From NCBI RefSeq assembly GCF_030684315.1, contig NC_081362.1, positions 96,579,187 to 96,643,186 of the forward strand: DNA of 64,000 bases, in the 5' to 3' direction. This document shows, one piece after another, positions 61,363 through 64,000 of the stretch. The notes beneath the pieces are model-generated. The model was given only the letters and a program-made list of their open reading frames with translations. It was not told the origin of the DNA and searched no databases. This DNA comes from Stegostoma tigrinum (lineage: Eukaryota). The translations under genes and the position numbers were made by a program. Numbering within the stretch: the stretch's first letter is position 1; each line of letters starts with the position of its first letter.

Positions 61363-63639
61363 ATTAATCACTCACTGGCATTTATAAAGCAGTATGCACT
61401 CAGTAAAATGATTTCAAATCTTTACACAAGTGAGAAAAGAAAAGAATTATCACAAGTCAAGGAATGAGAACTCAAGGCAAAAAAACTCAAAAACCTCATC
61501 AAAACACAAAAATTGCTGCAGAAACAGAGTAGGTCTGGCAGCATCTGCAGAGGGAGAAACAAAGTTACCATTTCTAGTCCAATGTGACTCTGTTTCACAA
61601 ACTTGATCAAATGTTTAAGTCTGAAGCAGAGACTGAAAGGGGAGGTGACGATGGAGAAATGGGAAAGTTTAAATTCGAGACCCCCTGACAATAGGCTCAG
61701 GGGTCTCAAAGTGCTTAACTCACAGCCATTCATTACAGTATCAGCTGGAGATCACCAAACAGAACACAGCATGTGTTATATATAGAGCTAGCCCTTACAC
61801 CACTGAAGAGCTGGCAGATGACATGGAAATTGGTGGAGTTCTTGGATTGGTATGCATTAGCCATAAGGAGAGGTTGAAGAAACTTGGATTATTTTCACTG
61901 GAGTATCAGAGACTGAGGGGGTACCTGATAGAAGTATATAAAATTTTGAGGGGCATGAATAGGGTGAGTAATCAAAGTCTTTTCCTCAGGGTGGAAATGT
62001 GAAATACTGGGGTGCATAGTTTTAAGCTAAGAGGGGGAATGTTTAAAGGAATTGTGTGAGGCAGGATTTTTACGGAGAGGGTGCTAGGTGCAAGGTCCAC
62101 TGTCAGAGGGTGTGGCAGAAACAGATATGATAGCAGTGTTTCAGAGGCATTTTGATAGACACATGGACAGGGAACAGAGGGACATAGACGATGTGCAGGT
62201 AGATGGGATTGGTGTAGAATGGCATCGTTGTCAGCGCAGACGTGGTGGGCTGAAGGACCAGTTCCTGTGCTGTACTATTCTTTATGTTCAATATGACGTT
62301 ACTTCTCAGCAACCTATGGGGACGTGTTATACCAGAGGGTGGGACGTGATCCTGGACCTTGTTGTCTACAGTCAGAGACACCGCCAGTGAGCAACAGCAC
62401 CTGATCCTGACATTGTTCACATGTCACAAGGGCAGCATCTTCTCTCAAGCAAGTGACTCAAACCATTGGTCATTTCTGTAGCTGTTTCGCGACAAGGTAG
62501 TTGTTGATAGTACATGAATACACAGCAAATGTGATGTGGGAGTTGAAAACTATGGCACAAATCCAATTGGGAATTCTGAAGAAACCTCTTTCCTAAGAGA
62601 GACTTTGAGAAAGTGGATTTCATTATCACAGGGAGTAGTTGAAGTGAAAACAGAGGTTCACTTCAGCAGAAGTTGGGATAGTAAATAGAGGAGAAGAGTG
62701 GATAGCTATATGCAGAAGGATGGTCAAAAGTTCAAGTACAGCAGAAACACCAGCATTGACTGATTGGACCAAATGGTCTGTTTCTTTGTCTCATCTGTGA
62801 TATAATTCTATGAGCTAATTCACACACAGTGGGCACTTGGGATGGGCTATTTTACACTTGTATTCCAAGCTCCATTGCAATGAAAGCCTCTCTGAGAAGA
62901 ACATCATTTTGACTCAGACATTTCTGTTGTATGGTTCAGTGGGCCAAAGCTGGGCAGAGGAAGTGGGTTTATTCAAAGATACTTGTGTCTGAGAAGGCTG
63001 CCTTTTGAATGGTTTGTTTACACTGTGGAAAGCCATTGATGGGACAGTCTGCACCTGAACCAGGATGGGGCCAACACTCTTGTGGGTGAGTTTTCTCATG
63101 CTCTTGGGAGGAATTTAAAGTAATTCCCCAGGGGAAGGGGTCACAGAATGTTAGAATGTAAGGGCACAGCAGATTGAGTTCAACCATGTTGAGTTTCAAA
63201 GGATGGCCTGTACATTTATGCCTGGAGTTTATTAGGTAAAATAGATGGGTTAAGGGCATGGAATGACACCTGGAATTGTTGTTATCACAGGGACATGGAT
63301 GAGGGAGGGGTTGGGCTGGCAGTTCAACAGTCTGAGGTACAGGATCCTCAGGCAGGACAGTGGAGGGTGTCAAAGAGAAGGTGGTGTTGTATTATTTACA
63401 AAGGAGATCGTTCCCACAGTAAGGAGGGATGACATCTTAGGAGGGTCTGCAAATGAGACTTTGTGGGTACAGTTTAGGAATAAACACAGGACACTCATGT
63501 ACAGGGAGAGTATTGTTGATTCCCAAAAGTGCACAGGCAATAGAGGAGCAGATATGTGCACAATTCACCTAGGTGTGTAATAAATGGGTAACTAAATTAG
63601 GGAATTTCAAATTCATCAACATTAATGAGAGCAACAATG

Positions 63640-63945
63640 GGAGGCAATGGCCTAGTGGTATTATCGCTGGGCTGTTAATCCAGCAATCCAGGTTTGAATC
63701 CTGCCATGGCAGATGGCGAAATTTGAATTAAATAATGAATTATGAATCCACTGTTGATTGTCAGAAAAACCCCATCTGGTTCACTAAAGTCCTTTAGGGA
63801 AGGAAACTGCTTTTCTACGTGGCCTGGTCGATATGTGACTCCAGCCTTACAGCAATGTGGTTGACTCTAAACTGCCCTCTGGACAATTAGCGATGGGCAA
63901 TAAATGCTGCCTAGCCAGTGACAGCTTCATCCTGTGAATGATGAA
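63640..63945 (+). mobile_element. tRNA-derived SINE (second family)
   Basis: A-box/B-box-like head (tggcctagtgg...ggtttgaatcc); tail gatgggcaataaatgctg shared with the LINE at 4070-5195; other copies at ~11670-12700 and ~50790-51060 (minus). Confidence 0.7.
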
Positions 63946-64000
63946 AGAAAACAAAAAAATAGTGTAAAAGGTTTAGAGGAACAGATTTCTTAAAATGTGT

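Overview
Eukaryotic, repeat-dense genomic DNA. The repeat set (HE1-like V-SINEs, many CR1 LINEs, a high-copy Penelope-like element family, Gypsy LTR remnants, a Tx1-like LINE) points to a cartilaginous fish, probably a carpet shark (inference). The one host gene I can reconstruct lies on the minus strand at 38818-59390. It has a leader exon, five tandem germline-joined VJ-type Ig exons and a transmembrane exon. All junctions are GT-AG and phase 1, and the exons splice into an intact 654-aa type I membrane protein with no RSS, no constant domain and a 13-aa tail. This looks like a non-rearranging receptor built from antigen-receptor-like V domains with pIgR-like five-V architecture. The distal domain carries a 36-nt duplication that extends CDR2 with aromatic residues. 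The left half has no recognisable host CDS. It holds a CpG-rich candidate promoter (~22.7-23.4 kb) and several young Penelope-like insertions with inverted termini, 13-16 bp TSDs and hammerhead-ribozyme cores. Coordinates of old repeats are approximate.
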